The position numbers and the translations under genes were made by a program. Positions 59,323 to 59,424 of a DNA stretch of 59,424 nt are shown here, in pieces. How positions within the stretch are numbered: position 1 is the first letter of the stretch; every line of letters begins with the position of its first letter. Origin of the DNA: Candidatus Hydrogenedentota bacterium (GTDB lineage: Bacteria > Hydrogenedentota > Hydrogenedentia > Hydrogenedentales > SLHB01); assembly GCA_034408725.1 (NCBI GenBank), contig JAWXCN010000124.1, positions 1-59,424 of the forward strand, written 5' to 3'. Below the pieces are notes generated by a model. The model did no database searches. It saw only the letters and a program-made list of their open reading frames with translations, and had not been told where the DNA came from.

Positions 59323-59424
59323 GGACTATTTGGACTGCGGTGGCGAAGCGGGTAGCGCAGACACCGCTTTGGCTGTTTAGGGGCGACGGCTTTGTGTGCG
59401 CACACGGTAAGGGTAGACCATCTG
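59323..59424. repeat. REP array start (A unit + spacer), runs off the window
   Basis: ggactatttggactgcggtggcgaagcgggtagcgcagacaccgctttggctgttta...gggtagaccatctg. Confidence 0.9.

Overview
A GC-rich chromosomal window from a diderm, probably flagellated bacterium. LptF/G, a GT9 heptosyltransferase, FlgM, DUF1501/DUF1553 and DUF1559-type genes suggest a Hydrogenedentota/PVC-like lineage (inference only). Most genes are housekeeping or metabolic: priA, pepF, pgl, ggt, comB, rhaI, a Ni/Co ECF transporter with a NikR-type operator, terC/alx behind a yybP-ykoY riboswitch, tRNA-Ser(GCT), glycosyltransferases and hydrolases. The main novelty is at the left edge (1-4870), the 3' part of a translationally coupled RiPP-like operon: GNAT, CPBP protease, ABC exporter and a 640-aa fusion protein. 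That protein has an RRE-like domain, a radical-SAM barrel lacking CxxxCxxC, a SPASM domain that keeps only the four AuxII cysteines, and a degenerate GNAT, so it is a candidate double-pseudoenzyme scaffold. Other notable items: BIME-like arrays of one REP family with several loop variants, two toxin-antitoxin loci with a deleted toxin and intact antitoxin, an epimerase broken by a single amber codon, a PadR / HAAS-DUF1559 pair, and a ~3 kb cassette with an nrfH fragment between two diverged copies of a GT2 5' end. All family calls come from reading motifs by eye; no database searches were run.
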